Assembly: GCA_003484955.1 (NCBI GenBank)
Contig: DMZH01000001.1
Coordinates: forward strand, 151,848 to 215,847
DNA from: Candidatus Woesebacteria bacterium
GTDB taxonomy: Bacteria > Patescibacteriota > Microgenomatia > UBA8517
Reading direction: 5' to 3'
Length of the DNA: 64,000 nucleotides
The number at the start of each line of letters is the position of its first letter. The stretch's first letter is position 1. The notes beneath the pieces were generated by a model. It saw only the letters and a program-made list of their open reading frames with translations, made no database searches and had not been told where the DNA came from. This document shows, in pieces, positions 1 to 10,737 of this stretch. A program made the position numbers and the translations under genes.

Positions 1-208
1 TTTCCCGCGCGGCTTTCTCCGTAAAAGTAAGGGCTAATATTTCAGAGGGTTTTGCGTGTTTTCCCAGAATTAAATATTTTATTCTTTCAGTTACAACTGT
101 AGTTTTTCCGGTTCCGGCACCGGCAATAATAAGGAGAGGTCCCTTGCCAAATTTAATCGCATCGATTTGTTCTTTATTTAGTTTTAAATTTGAAAAGTCT
201 TTCGTCAT
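1..208 (-). CDS. UvrD/PcrA/Rep-family helicase, N-terminal fragment (runs off the window start)
   Basis: Manual translation [47 protein letters not shown]...[13 protein letters not shown] shows the Q motif, Walker A and motif Ia. ATGA overlap with the rmuC stop. Confidence 0.9.
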   Translation of the reverse strand, partial: MTKDFSNLKLNKEQIDAIKFGKGPLLIIAGAGTGKTTVVTERIKYLILGKHAKPSEILALTFTEKAARE

Positions 209-1206
209 TGTCCTTCTACTTCCTTTTTATCCTCCTTAAGTCCGTCTCCTAAGTTTTGTGTAGAAGAGATTTTTTGTCCCAACTGATTAAATGAAGAGAA
301 AACGTTGGTCATCATGTTGTAGGCATTGTTAAGGTGTTTTTGAAGTGTTCCCAAATTTTCTTCAACTTTTCCGTAATCTTTTTGGATGGCTCTTAAAATC
401 CTGAAAACCTCTTTGGATTTTAATTCCAAATCTTTTCCTTCAAACGAAAGGAGGAGGACTTGGAGGTGGGCGTACAAAGTATTCGGGGAAACAGGATAAA
501 CCCTGAGGCGTCGGGCAAAATTTGATAGTTCGGGAATATTAACCGCTTCATAATAAACGGCTTCCGATGGGATATACATTAAAGCAAAATCCATTGTTCC
601 CTCCTCGGGAAGTATATATTTTCTACCGATATCTTCGATGTGTTTTTTAACATCCTGTATAAATTGCTTTTTAGCGGAGTTTCGTTCTCCTTCAGTTTCG
701 GCTGTATGCATCAAGTTAAAATTCTCCATCGGGAATTTGGAATCAATACAAAGCAACCCTGCGTCGGTTTTCAAAACAGCATCAACTTTTACTCCACTTT
801 TAAACGGATACTGCAAATGAAAGGCATTCTTGGGAAAAGTTTGCCCAATCATCTCTTTTAAAACTTCCTCCCCAAGTCCCCCGCGGAGTTTTGGCGACTG
901 CAAAAAATCCTGAAGGGTGCGGATTCCCTTTCCAATCTCACTCATTTCACCTAAATTTCTTTGTACTTGAGAGATGACTCTCGCGGCATTATCTAACCGT
1001 TCATTCATTGCCTGAGTGTTTTTTTGTAAAGAAGATAGAAGATCCCGTCTGTCCTCACGGGAACCGCTTTGAAGAGTTTTTATTATTTCCAAAAGCTCAT
1101 CGGAGGGCTTTTGGGATTCTTTCAGATCAATTAGTTTTCTGTTAATAAATAGGGCTACAATCAGTAGGGCGGCTAATACTATAATAAGGGTAATAATAGG
1201 ATCCAT
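205..1206 (-). CDS. rmuC: DNA recombination protein RmuC
   Basis: N-terminal TM, coiled coil, [14 protein letters not shown] and [13 protein letters not shown] motifs. Confidence 0.9.
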   Translation of the reverse strand: MDPIITLIIVLAALLIVALFINRKLIDLKESQKPSDELLEIIKTLQSGSREDRRDLLSSLQKNTQAMNERLDNAARVISQVQRNLGEMSEIGKGIRTLQDFLQSPKLRGGLGEEVLKEMIGQTFPKNAFHLQYPFKSGVKVDAVLKTDAGLLCIDSKFPMENFNLMHTAETEGERNSAKKQFIQDVKKHIEDIGRKYILPEEGTMDFALMYIPSEAVYYEAVNIPELSNFARRLRVYPVSPNTLYAHLQVLLLSFEGKDLELKSKEVFRILRAIQKDYGKVEENLGTLQKHLNNAYNMMTNVFSSFNQLGQKISSTQNLGDGLKEDKKEVEGQ

Positions 1207-1240
1207 CACTCAATTCTAGAGTAAAAATTTAAAATTACAA

Positions 1241-1576
1241 ATGAAGAAACATTTCAGAAAAGAACAAATTTTAAAAAGAAAGAATTTTCTTCCGACCCTC
1301 CTTTTGACAATTCTTCTTTGGATTTTTTTTGCAGGACTTGTTTATTTTGCCGATCCCCAGACATTTGGAGCGGTGCCACTGTTTTTTCTGCTGCTTTTTA
1401 TCACCTTACTTTTTACATTTTCCTTGCTTTTTGCTAATTCCCGCCGCGGTCTTGTTATTTCCCTATCTCTCATTCTTTTTTTTATTCTTTTATTTCTAGG
1501 CGTCGGGAACATATTAAATTTGATCCTAATACTTGCAATAATGGTCTGTGTAGAGCTATATTTCTCAACTAGATGA
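1241..1576 (+). CDS. Small hydrophobic membrane protein
   Basis: 111 aa, about 4 TM segments, ATGA overlap with the next gene. Confidence 0.7.
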   Translation: MKKHFRKEQILKRKNFLPTLLLTILLWIFFAGLVYFADPQTFGAVPLFFLLLFITLLFTFSLLFANSRRGLVISLSLILFFILLFLGVGNILNLILILAIMVCVELYFSTR

Positions 1577-1905
1577 ATCCATCACTCAAAAAACAGCTTC
1601 TTAAAACTTTTTCCAAGATGATAGATGACCTTGAGGGTCTGAGTGAGATTGAAATATTTTTGAAGGATTTTTTTGACGATGTAGAGCTTGAAAAATATAT
1701 CAAAAGAATAGCCATTGCTTATTGGCTCAAAAAAGGCAGAGATAAAGAAAATATTAAAAGAAACTTACTTGCCACCCCAAAAGAAATACTTGATGCTGAA
1801 AAATTACTCAAAAAAGACGGAATCAAGCTTGCTCTCAAAAAAATTGAGGCCGAAGAGTGGGCTAATGTTTGGGCCGAAAAAATTAAGAATTTTACCAAGA
1901 AGTAG
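1573..1905 (+). CDS. TrpR/YerC-YecD-like helical protein
   Basis: FLKDFF..ELE...KRIAIAYWLKKG....IK..L pattern resembles the Trp-repressor-like family. Confidence 0.6.
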   Translation: MNPSLKKQLLKTFSKMIDDLEGLSEIEIFLKDFFDDVELEKYIKRIAIAYWLKKGRDKENIKRNLLATPKEILDAEKLLKKDGIKLALKKIEAEEWANVWAEKIKNFTKK

Positions 1906-1938
1906 CTTCAATCCCCTCTTAAGCTGTACAATACAACC

Positions 1939-3354
1939 ATGGACAAGAAATATTATCTGACAACAACATTGCCTTACGTGAATGCCGAGCCCCATATTGG
2001 TTTTGCGCTTGAAATTGTGCAGGCAGATGCCTTGGCGCGTTTTCATAAGCTTTTGGGAGAAGAAGTTATCTTTAACTTTGGAACGGACGAGCATGGCCAA
2101 AAGATTTACCAAAAAGCACGAGAGCTTGGGAAAGACCCTCAAAAATATTGTGATGAATACGCAGCCAGGTTTGACGCTTTAAAAAAAGCTCTCAACTTAA
2201 GCTACAACCGCTTTATCAGAACCACAGATCCTCATCACATAAAATCGGCCCAAGAATTTTGGAAACTTTGTGACAAAAACGGGGATATCTATAAAAAACT
2301 TTATAAAACCAAATATTGTGTCGGTTGTGAATTGGAGAAGACGGATTCAGAGTTGGTTGATAATAAGTGCCCCCTTCACCCCAACCAAAATCTGGAAATT
2401 ATTGAAGAGGAAAACTATTTCTTCAGATTTTCAAAATATCAAAAACCGCTTTTGGATTTTTATGAAAAAAGTCCGGATTTTGTAATACCGGAGGGAAAGT
2501 TTAACGAGATCAGGAGTTTTGTTAAAGAAGGTTTGCAGGATTTCAGTATCTCAAGACTTAAAAATAAGATGCCTTGGGGAATTCCCGTCCCGGGAGATTC
2601 AGCTCAAGTTATGTACGTTTGGTTTGACGCCCTTATTAACTACATTTCAACCCTAGGCTGGCCGGAAGATACTAAAAATTTTGAAGATTACTGGCCGGGA
2701 TTCCAGATTGCAGGTAAAGATAATTTAAGACAGCAAACAGCAATCTGGCAAGCAATGCTTGCCTCGGCTGGGCTTCCTTTTTCCAAACAAATATTTATTC
2801 ACGGGTTTGTCACTGCCAACGGCAAAAAAATAAGCAAGAGTCTGGGTAACACAATAAACCCTATCGAAGTCGCCGAAAAATACGGAGCTGACGCCTTGAG
2901 ATACTATCTACTCGCCAAAATTAACCCAACCGAGGATTCTGATTTCACCTTTGAAAAGTTTGAGGAAGTATATAATGGCGAACTTGCCAATGGACTTGGA
3001 AACTTGATTTCAAGAGTGGCAAAACTCTGCGAAAAATCCGGTTTTGAATTTAAACCCACAAAAACACAAAAAGATGAAAAAATCGGAAATGCGTTGAAAG
3101 AATATAAATTTGATCTTGCTCTCAAAATTATCTGGGACGGAATTACCCAAACCGATCAATTTATAAATGAAGAGGAACCATGGAAGCTAATCGGCGGTAA
3201 ACTTGAGAAAGTTTTAATTCACCTGGTTGACCACATAAGGGAAATCTCTTTTAATTTGGAGCCTTTTTTACCCGAAACTTCCGAAAAAATTCAAAAACAA
3301 TTTGGGGGTTCAAAAATTGCATCAGGCAGTCCCTTATTTCCCCGCCTGAGTTGA
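1939..3354 (+). CDS. metG: Methionine--tRNA ligase (short form)
   Basis: YLTTTLPYVNAEPHIG, GTDEHGQK, YVWFDAL and KISKS motifs. Confidence 0.97.
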   Translation: MDKKYYLTTTLPYVNAEPHIGFALEIVQADALARFHKLLGEEVIFNFGTDEHGQKIYQKARELGKDPQKYCDEYAARFDALKKALNLSYNRFIRTTDPHHIKSAQEFWKLCDKNGDIYKKLYKTKYCVGCELEKTDSELVDNKCPLHPNQNLEIIEEENYFFRFSKYQKPLLDFYEKSPDFVIPEGKFNEIRSFVKEGLQDFSISRLKNKMPWGIPVPGDSAQVMYVWFDALINYISTLGWPEDTKNFEDYWPGFQIAGKDNLRQQTAIWQAMLASAGLPFSKQIFIHGFVTANGKKISKSLGNTINPIEVAEKYGADALRYYLLAKINPTEDSDFTFEKFEEVYNGELANGLGNLISRVAKLCEKSGFEFKPTKTQKDEKIGNALKEYKFDLALKIIWDGITQTDQFINEEEPWKLIGGKLEKVLIHLVDHIREISFNLEPFLPETSEKIQKQFGGSKIASGSPLFPRLS

Positions 3355-3364
3355 AATATTAGCT

Positions 3365-4855
3365 ATGCGTAAATTTATTGAAAAGCACGACAAAGGAATT
3401 CTACGGGCCCTGGAAATTTTGCCAGGATTTACCTCCTGGAACTTGATTCTTTTTCCGTACTGGGGAATTTTTGTAATCCCTAAGGTCGTGGCATATTTCG
3501 TTCTCTTCTTTAATATTTATTGGTTTTACCAGTCATTTCAAATTGCAATATCAGCCGTAATATCAAACATGAGGATACAGGCTGCAAAAATTTATGACTG
3601 GATGGGAGACGTAAAAGATTTTCCAGATTGGAAAAAAGTCCGACACGTTGTCATAATTCCTACCTATAAAGAACCCCTTCATATTCTCGAAAGAACTCTC
3701 GATTCTCTTGCCGCCCAGGAATTTCCCACTAAAGGAATTATTCCCGTTCTTGCTATGGAAAAAAACGAACCCGAAAAAGATCGGTTATCTAAATGGAAAT
3801 CGTTAAACGAAAAATACGGAAAGACATTTTGTAAACTTTTTGTCACCGTACACGAACTTAAAGCCGGTGAGGTTACAGGAAAAGCTTCAAACGAAAAATA
3901 CGCTGCCGTCTGGGTGAAAGAGAATTATATAGACGCGGAGAGACTTAATATTGATTATTTCACAGTCACCTCTTGCGATGCGGATCATAAGTTTCATCCC
4001 AAACACTTTGCCAATCTTGCTTTCAAATTTTTGGATAACCCCAACCGATATAAAGTGTTCTGGCAACCCTCTGTTATGTTTTATAACAATATTTGGGAGA
4101 TCCCGGCAATTACCCGCGTGTTAAATACACTAATGTCGATTTCAAATCTTTCCCAACTTGCGCGTAAAGACAAACTCATTAATACTCAAAATTACTCACT
4201 TTCTTACAAACTGCTGGATGCCGTAGGATACTGGGATGCCGATAAAATCCCTGAGGACTGGGGAATATTTTTCAAGGCATTCTATAAAAGTGGTGGCGGA
4301 GTTGAAGTCGAACCAATCTATCTTCCGCTTATGGCTGATGCCGCGCAGTCTGGTTCTTTTTGGAAAACAATTAAAAATCAGTATCAACAACTTCAAAGAT
4401 GGGCCTGGGGAGTAAGTGATGATCCCTGGATAATAAAAAGTTATCTCCTAACAAGGAATATTCCTTTTTGGGATAAAACAATGAGACTGATTCAGGTTCT
4501 TTGGTCGCACTTTTTGTGGCCCGTTAACTGGTTCATCATTTCGGTGGGACTAACCATACCAACCCTTCTTAATCCGGCTTTTGGAAGAACAGCCCTGGGT
4601 TACACTGTTCCTAAATTATCATCTTTGATTTTGACACTCGCACTCGTATTCCTATTGGTAATGATAATTATTGACAACATTCAAAAACCAAAAAGGCCAA
4701 GTAATGTGTCTCTACTCAGGAAGATTTTAATACCTTTTGAATTTATTCTAATGCCTCTGGCAGGGTTTCTTTTTACGGCCCTTCCCGGAATCGATGCCCA
4801 TACCCGTCTTATGCTTGGAAAGTATATTCAATACAAAGTCACCGAGAAGGTATAG
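3365..4855 (+). CDS. Membrane glycosyltransferase, family 2
   Basis: IPTYKE, CDAD, PED and QLQRW (QxxRW) motifs with flanking TMs. Confidence 0.85.
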   Translation: MRKFIEKHDKGILRALEILPGFTSWNLILFPYWGIFVIPKVVAYFVLFFNIYWFYQSFQIAISAVISNMRIQAAKIYDWMGDVKDFPDWKKVRHVVIIPTYKEPLHILERTLDSLAAQEFPTKGIIPVLAMEKNEPEKDRLSKWKSLNEKYGKTFCKLFVTVHELKAGEVTGKASNEKYAAVWVKENYIDAERLNIDYFTVTSCDADHKFHPKHFANLAFKFLDNPNRYKVFWQPSVMFYNNIWEIPAITRVLNTLMSISNLSQLARKDKLINTQNYSLSYKLLDAVGYWDADKIPEDWGIFFKAFYKSGGGVEVEPIYLPLMADAAQSGSFWKTIKNQYQQLQRWAWGVSDDPWIIKSYLLTRNIPFWDKTMRLIQVLWSHFLWPVNWFIISVGLTIPTLLNPAFGRTALGYTVPKLSSLILTLALVFLLVMIIIDNIQKPKRPSNVSLLRKILIPFEFILMPLAGFLFTALPGIDAHTRLMLGKYIQYKVTEKV

Positions 4856-4875
4856 AGCAAACTTCAGGTTTAAAA

Positions 4876-5820
4876 TTAAAAATTACTTTTGTAAAACTCA
4901 ATAGTCTTTTGAAGACCCGCTTCAAGATTTGTTTTCGGTTCCCAACCAAGTATTTCCTTTGCTTTTGTAATATCCGGTTGTCTTCTCATTGGATCGTCTT
5001 CTCTGAACGTTCCACTATACTCAATTTCTGATTTAGAGCCTGTAAGTTTAATAATTTTTTCAGCCAACTCCTTAATGGTAAATTCGTCAGGGTTCCCTAA
5101 ATTAAAGATCTCCCCCGTGGTTCCCGGTGCAAACATTGCTTTCTCAATTCCTTCAACCAAATCATCAACGTAGCAAAAAGATCTCGTTTGACTCCCATCG
5201 CCATCTATTTTTATCGGAGCATCCGAAAGAGATTGCATAATAAAGTTGCTTACCACTCTCCCATCGTCCTTTTGCATTCTGGGTCCATATGTGTTGAAAA
5301 TGCGTATTATTCTGACATCAATATCATGTTTTCGAAAATAAACATATGTTGCAGATTCTGCAAATCTTTTGCTTTCGTCATAGCAGGATCTCGGACCGAA
5401 AGTGTTTACATTTCCAAAATATGTCTCCTTTTGGGGATGTTTTAGGGGGTCTCCGTAAACTTCTGAGGTTGACGCAATCAGCACCTTCGCCCCAGTTTCT
5501 TTGGCCAATTTTAATACGTTTAGAGTACCCATAGAATTGGCCAAAAGCGTTTCTTCAGGGTAATTTTGATAATCAATTGGAGATGCTGGAGACGCCAAAT
5601 GAAAAATGTAATCCGATGACCGATTGTTAAAAATTAATGGCTGAACAACATCCGCTTCGACAAATTCAAAGTTGGGATCGTCCAAAAGATGTTCTACATT
5701 TTTTTTTGATCCCGTCAGAAGATTGTCTAAGCAAATTACTTTATAGCCTTCTTTGACCAATCTATTGCAGAGGTGACTACCGATAAACCCTGCACCACCC
5801 GTAACCAAAACACTTTGCAT
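4876..5820 (-). CDS. UDP-glucuronate decarboxylase (UDP-xylose synthase)-like SDR
   Basis: GGAGFIG, HLASPASP, STSEVYG, CYDESKR, RIFNTYGP and DDPMRRQPD motifs. Confidence 0.9.
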   Translation of the reverse strand: MQSVLVTGGAGFIGSHLCNRLVKEGYKVICLDNLLTGSKKNVEHLLDDPNFEFVEADVVQPLIFNNRSSDYIFHLASPASPIDYQNYPEETLLANSMGTLNVLKLAKETGAKVLIASTSEVYGDPLKHPQKETYFGNVNTFGPRSCYDESKRFAESATYVYFRKHDIDVRIIRIFNTYGPRMQKDDGRVVSNFIMQSLSDAPIKIDGDGSQTRSFCYVDDLVEGIEKAMFAPGTTGEIFNLGNPDEFTIKELAEKIIKLTGSKSEIEYSGTFREDDPMRRQPDITKAKEILGWEPKTNLEAGLQKTIEFYKSNF

Positions 5821-5852
5821 ATGAGCAAATTATATCTTAAACTAAGAGTAAT

Positions 5853-7361
5853 ATGAAATCACTTTGGCAAAAGCTTCATAGGGTAGGTGATTCCCTCCAC
5901 CTGCCCGATATTCCAAACTGGCTTATCGTAATACTGGCTTTGGTGTTTCTCCTAAGAGTTCCCTCATTCTTTGAACCTTATTACTATGGCGACGAGATGA
6001 TTTATCTGACTCTTGGACAAGGGGTACGCCAGGGACTTACTCTTTACAAAGATGTCTACGACAATAAACCGCCTCTTTTGTATCTGGCCGCTGCCGTTGC
6101 CGGAAATCTTTTTTGGTTTAAAGTAATTTTAGCCTTTTGGAGTCTGATAACGATATTTCTTTTTTACAAACTCACAAAAATAATCCTGGAAAAAAATGAA
6201 AAAGCGCAAAAAATATCAACATTTATTTTTGCACTGCTAACCACACTTCCCCTCCTTGAGGGTCTAACAATAAATTCCGAACTTTTTATGATTGCCTTTA
6301 CAATTGCCGCGTTTCTCATACTCTTGAAGAATGATTTAAAGATAAAGGGAGTGTATTTTGCCGGAATGCTTTTGGGTATAGGCGCACTTTTTAAAATCCC
6401 AGCGGCATTTGACGCACCGATTATCGTAATTTACTGGATCATTACAGACGGCCTGAAAGATTGGAGGAGGATTCTTAAAAATACTTTCATACTTGTGCTG
6501 GGCTTTACATCTCCAATTGTCTTAACCTTAATTTGGTACTATTTCAGAGGTGCACTTCCCGAATATATAAAGGCTGCTTTCTTGCAAAATGTTGGTTATT
6601 TAAGCAGTTTTAGACCCGGGGACGTTCAAAAATCATTTCTGGTCAGGAATGCCCCGCTTTTGATCCGAGGTCTTGTTGTATTGATTGGATCAGGAACCCT
6701 TTTTGTATTCCGAAAAAAGTTTTCAAAGAAGTTTATTTTGCTGTCTCTCTGGATACTTTTTGCCCTTTTTGCTATCACTCTCTCGGAACGTCCTTACCCG
6801 CACTACATTATTCAGGCTGTTGCACCCATTTCAATACTCCTCTCGATATTCTTTGCGGAAAAAAGTTTGGAGCAATCCCTTGTTGTTCTTCCTCTGGCTC
6901 TGACTTTCTTCGTACCAATTTATTATAAATTCTGGCTTTATCCGACAACATCTTATTATTCAAGGTTTGTCAGCTTTGCCATTGGAGGAGGGGGTAAATC
7001 GGCATACTTTAATGATTTCTCGCCAAAAATAAACAGAGATTATCAAATCGCGGATTTCTTGGTTAACTCGAGTATGCCTGATGATAAAGTCTTTATGTGG
7101 GACCCCGGCTCTCCCACCGTTTATGCTTTGTCGAAACATTTACCCCCTATCAAATATGTCGTTGATTATCACATAAATGACTATTCAAGTAAGACAAAGG
7201 AGGCGGAAAATATTGCGAAAGATCCCCCTAAATTTATAATTCTTACCGATTCTTACCCTTACCCGGAACTTAACCCCCTTCTTAAAAGCAAATATTTGTT
7301 GATTAATCAGATCGATGATGCCAACATTTATTCCCGAATCAATTTTGCTCCCACAAAATAG
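5853..7361 (+). CDS. GT-C fold (ArnT/PMT-like) membrane glycosyltransferase
   Basis: DE motif in the first loop, DNKPP, about 11 TMs, YPHY, extracellular C-terminal domain. Confidence 0.75.
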   Translation: MKSLWQKLHRVGDSLHLPDIPNWLIVILALVFLLRVPSFFEPYYYGDEMIYLTLGQGVRQGLTLYKDVYDNKPPLLYLAAAVAGNLFWFKVILAFWSLITIFLFYKLTKIILEKNEKAQKISTFIFALLTTLPLLEGLTINSELFMIAFTIAAFLILLKNDLKIKGVYFAGMLLGIGALFKIPAAFDAPIIVIYWIITDGLKDWRRILKNTFILVLGFTSPIVLTLIWYYFRGALPEYIKAAFLQNVGYLSSFRPGDVQKSFLVRNAPLLIRGLVVLIGSGTLFVFRKKFSKKFILLSLWILFALFAITLSERPYPHYIIQAVAPISILLSIFFAEKSLEQSLVVLPLALTFFVPIYYKFWLYPTTSYYSRFVSFAIGGGGKSAYFNDFSPKINRDYQIADFLVNSSMPDDKVFMWDPGSPTVYALSKHLPPIKYVVDYHINDYSSKTKEAENIAKDPPKFIILTDSYPYPELNPLLKSKYLLINQIDDANIYSRINFAPTK

Positions 7362-7389
7362 ATATCGTACAATATAGACCTTAAGCGGT

Positions 7390-7725
7390 ATGCATTGGAA
7401 AAAAGTCACTTTTTATAACTACTTTCTGACTGCCTTAATTTTGAGTGTTTTATCCATCGTCGGAATTCTTCTTGTCAAAAAATTCCTCCCGCCTGTTATT
7501 CCTATTTTTTATGGAAAACCGGTGGGAACGGAACAGCTAAGCACCTTTTGGTTTTTCTTTATCATTCCAGCTGTTTCAATTCTAATTACAGGTGTCAACC
7601 TTTTAATTAACATATCGATGAAGGACGTATTTATTAAAAAAATATTAGCAGTTAGTGCCCTTGCTATTTCACTGATGGCAAGCGTGACTATTTTGAAAAT
7701 AGTCCTCCTGGTTGGTTTTTTCTAA
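7390..7725 (+). CDS. Small membrane protein (DUF1648-like)
   Basis: LPPVIPIFYG motif and 3 TMs. Confidence 0.6.
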   Translation: MHWKKVTFYNYFLTALILSVLSIVGILLVKKFLPPVIPIFYGKPVGTEQLSTFWFFFIIPAVSILITGVNLLINISMKDVFIKKILAVSALAISLMASVTILKIVLLVGFF

Positions 7726-7726
7726 A

Positions 7727-8818
7727 ATGGATGAATTACGTAATATTTTCTTAATACCGTGGCTTATCTCAGCGGTAGTTGCTTTTCTGACAACACCTTT
7801 GGCAATCAAGTTCGCCGAAAGAATCGGTATTATAGATGATCCGGCTAAAAATAAGCATCCTAAAGTAATTCACACCTATCCGATTCCCCGTGGAGGCGGG
7901 ATTCCTATTTTTATAGCTGTCCTTGTGTCTAGTCTTATATTCTTACCGATAGACAAACAGCTAATTGGAATTTTAGTGGGTGCTACTATTTTGGTCGTTA
8001 TGGGGGTGCTTGATGATAAATACAATCTAAATCCATATCTAAGACTTCTGATCGGGTTTGTGGCGGCAGCCGCTCCAATTGCAGCCGGAATAGGAATTTC
8101 ATTTATTTCAAATCCCATGGGAGGAACAATAAGCCTGAGTCAGCCTCAAATTAATTTTGAGCTTTTTGGGGAAACACGCAGTATCTGGATCGTCTCCGAC
8201 GTCTTTGCAATTCTTTGGATCACTTTTTTAATGAATATTGTAAACATGGGGGCAAAGGGAGTTGATGGACAGCTTAGCGGGGTAACTGTAATTGCGGCTC
8301 TAACTATTGCATTTTTATCTTTGAGATTTTCGGCTGATATTACCCAATGGCCAGTTATAATTTTAGCGGCAATTACTGCGGGAGCCTATCTGGGATTTTT
8401 ACCTTGGCATATATTCCCTCAAAAAATTATGCCCGGATACAGCGGCAGTACCCTCGCAGGGTATCTCCTGGCAGTTCTTTCAATTCTTTCAACAACAAAG
8501 GTTGGAGCCTTGATGGTTGTACTGGGAGTCCCTCTTATTGATACCGGATACACAATTATTAGAAGGATTGTTAATCACAAATCCCCCGTCTGGGGAGACA
8601 GGGGACATCTCCACCACAGGCTTCTTGATGCCGGTCTTTCCAAAACTCAAGTTGCAGTTTTTTACTGGGCAATAACAGGAGTTCTCGGTTTTTTGGCACT
8701 TAATTTGAATACAACCAGTAAGATCTATACAATGATAGGTATAGCCATGTTGTTAGGCGGCTTGATACTATGGTTGACGTACCGACCCAAGAAAAACAAC
8801 AGTCAAAAACCCCTCTGA
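7727..8818 (+). CDS. Undecaprenyl-phosphate GlcNAc-1-phosphate transferase (WecA/TagO/MraY family)
   Basis: PRGGG, GVLDDK, GVDG and DRGHLHHRL motifs. ATG at 7727 preferred as start. Confidence 0.9.
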   Translation: MDELRNIFLIPWLISAVVAFLTTPLAIKFAERIGIIDDPAKNKHPKVIHTYPIPRGGGIPIFIAVLVSSLIFLPIDKQLIGILVGATILVVMGVLDDKYNLNPYLRLLIGFVAAAAPIAAGIGISFISNPMGGTISLSQPQINFELFGETRSIWIVSDVFAILWITFLMNIVNMGAKGVDGQLSGVTVIAALTIAFLSLRFSADITQWPVIILAAITAGAYLGFLPWHIFPQKIMPGYSGSTLAGYLLAVLSILSTTKVGALMVVLGVPLIDTGYTIIRRIVNHKSPVWGDRGHLHHRLLDAGLSKTQVAVFYWAITGVLGFLALNLNTTSKIYTMIGIAMLLGGLILWLTYRPKKNNSQKPL

Positions 8819-9747
8819 TAATTGCGGTAATTAAAGTTGCCAGACCTGTGCATTGGATTAAAAATGTCTCTGTTTTTGCAGCCATTTTTTTATCGGGATA
8901 TTTATTTGAAAAAGATCTCTTCCTAAAAACTTCATGGGCTTTTGTGGCTTTTTGTTTTACAACTTCGGCAACATACATTATCAATGATATTTTTGACAGA
9001 AAGATGGACCGCCTGCATCCTATTAAAAAGAATAGACCCATTGCTTCCGGATCTCTTTCTATACCCCTCGCTTTAATTGAAGCATTCCTTCTGATTTTGG
9101 GGGCAATTATGGCTACTTTTGCCGGAAATCTGGATCCAATCTTTTTAACAATAATATTCATTTACCTGGCTCTGCAGCTTTTCTACAGCCTGGGCCTCAA
9201 AAATATTGCAATTTTGGATATCATCATCATTGCGGCCGGATTCGTTTTAAGGGTTTATGCGGGAGCATTCGTGATCAACGCACACCTTTCGGTCTGGTTT
9301 CTTCTTTGTGTAATTTCTGTTGCTTTGTTCCTGGCGTCGGGGAAAAGGAGAGCAGAGCTAAACCTCATTCAAAATACCGACACGACAACCCGAAAGAGTC
9401 TTAGAGCTTACGAAAAGGACTTGTTAAATTCTTACGTTACCATGTTCGGAAACGCATCCTGGATGTCATGGGCCCTCTTTACATTTTTTGAAAGCCCGCG
9501 CGCCTCGCTTCCATTCTGGCTTGTACTTGCAGAGCTATCCAAGACAACAACGATAGGAAAACTTTTAATGTTTACTATCCCCGTAACAATTTTCGGACTG
9601 ATGAGATATGAGGCTCTAATCTTCCAAGGTAAAAGCGAAACCCCGGAAAAACTACTTCTTACCGATAAAGCCTTGATTGCGGCAGTTTCTCTTTGGGTAA
9701 TTCTTGTTTATTGGGTTCTTTATAGCGGCATTACCGTTACGCAATAA
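8770..9747 (+). CDS. UbiA-family decaprenyl-phosphate phosphoribosyltransferase-like protein
   Basis: RPVHWIKN, YIINDIFD, DRLHPIKKNRPIASG, GFVLRVYAG and KRRAEL motifs. Confidence 0.85.
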   Translation: MVDVPTQEKQQSKTPLIIAVIKVARPVHWIKNVSVFAAIFLSGYLFEKDLFLKTSWAFVAFCFTTSATYIINDIFDRKMDRLHPIKKNRPIASGSLSIPLALIEAFLLILGAIMATFAGNLDPIFLTIIFIYLALQLFYSLGLKNIAILDIIIIAAGFVLRVYAGAFVINAHLSVWFLLCVISVALFLASGKRRAELNLIQNTDTTTRKSLRAYEKDLLNSYVTMFGNASWMSWALFTFFESPRASLPFWLVLAELSKTTTIGKLLMFTIPVTIFGLMRYEALIFQGKSETPEKLLLTDKALIAAVSLWVILVYWVLYSGITVTQ

Positions 9748-9751
9748 CCCT

Positions 9752-10624
9752 TCATCTCGCTACAGCGCTTACTGTTGCATAATCTGCCGAAATCCATCCG
9801 ACAATTCCTGATGGCAAACCGGGTTTTGGCGCTCCGTATTGAATTTCAATCCAGCCGGTTGCAGCATCTGTATCAAGATAAGGGAATGTTTCGCCCGGTT
9901 TTACCTGAGCAATTTCCTCTCCACCGGCTCCCGGTTTTGATCTAACCCTAAGGTACCCTGTTGGGGTCTCTAAAATCTGCACAATTTTGATTTCCGTTTT
10001 CAAGGACTCTTTGATGGAGTCCGTATTTTGAGAATCTGTTTTTTCCAATTTCGCATAAAATGTAAGTCTGTAACCGATTAAGGTTTTTACTGTCATTGAT
10101 AAATCCGAATATCCTGGAGCTTTGATTGCAATTGTGTGCATTGCAGGGGCTATTGCCGAAGTGCTATACGGTGAAAAGCCTCTGGAAACCCCGTCAACCA
10201 GTACCTGAGCGTTGTCCGGCTGGGAAATGACTACCAATCCTGCTGACTGTGACCCGGTTTTTTCAAAAGAAATGATACGACCGGAGGATGTATCCTCACT
10301 TGTTCCAAAATTTCTACCTACAAATGTTTCGATACCGGGTGTTAAAGTTATTGATGTCTCAAAAGGCACGAGGTTTTCGGAGGACCCTGTCGGAACCAGT
10401 CTTAAAATAACCGCACCCGCTTTATACATCCCAGTAAAAGGAGTTTCCCCAACCAAACTGCCGTTGACAAAAACTGTAGCCTTTGGGGTAGTTTCGATTC
10501 TTATTCCCCCCTGTTTTGGACTTAAAAGTCCAACCAGATAGAAAGCAGTTCCTGTCAAAATTATCAAAGAGACAACGGAAATTAGAATAATTTTTACCGT
10601 CTTCATAGTCACCGAGTGTAACAT
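9752..10624 (-). CDS. Membrane-anchored protein with two PEGA domains and a C-terminal SH3b domain
   Basis: Two PEGA-like repeats (TP.ATVFVNG..VGETP; QPDNAQVLVDG..GFSP) and LRVRSKP...GWI...GWIS. The start may be the downstream Met (MKTVK). Confidence 0.8.
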   Translation of the reverse strand: MLHSVTMKTVKIILISVVSLIILTGTAFYLVGLLSPKQGGIRIETTPKATVFVNGSLVGETPFTGMYKAGAVILRLVPTGSSENLVPFETSITLTPGIETFVGRNFGTSEDTSSGRIISFEKTGSQSAGLVVISQPDNAQVLVDGVSRGFSPYSTSAIAPAMHTIAIKAPGYSDLSMTVKTLIGYRLTFYAKLEKTDSQNTDSIKESLKTEIKIVQILETPTGYLRVRSKPGAGGEEIAQVKPGETFPYLDTDAATGWIEIQYGAPKPGLPSGIVGWISADYATVSAVAR

Positions 10625-10625
10625 A

Positions 10626-10713
10626 TGGTAAGCAAGCTTGGCCAGTCAAAACCCTGGTAAGCAAGGCTTGCCACTCGGCAAAACACTAGCCTCGTGGTAA
10701 ACAAGTTTGTCAC
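10626..10713. repeat. REP/REPIN-like cluster of three imperfect palindromes, copy 1
   Basis: TGGTAAGCAAGCTTGGCCA, TGGTAAGCAAGGCTTGCCACTC and CTCGTGGTAAACAAGTTTGTCAC. A homologous inverted copy lies at 27761-27840. Confidence 0.75.
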
Positions 10714-10737
10714 TTGCATGATAAAATACAGGGACTC

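Noticed and set aside
10626-10713. Three similar ~20-nt units as a possible mini-CRISPR
   Set aside because: The units are imperfect, the spacers are only 10-20 nt and unequal, and there are no cas genes. Better explained as REP-like palindromes.
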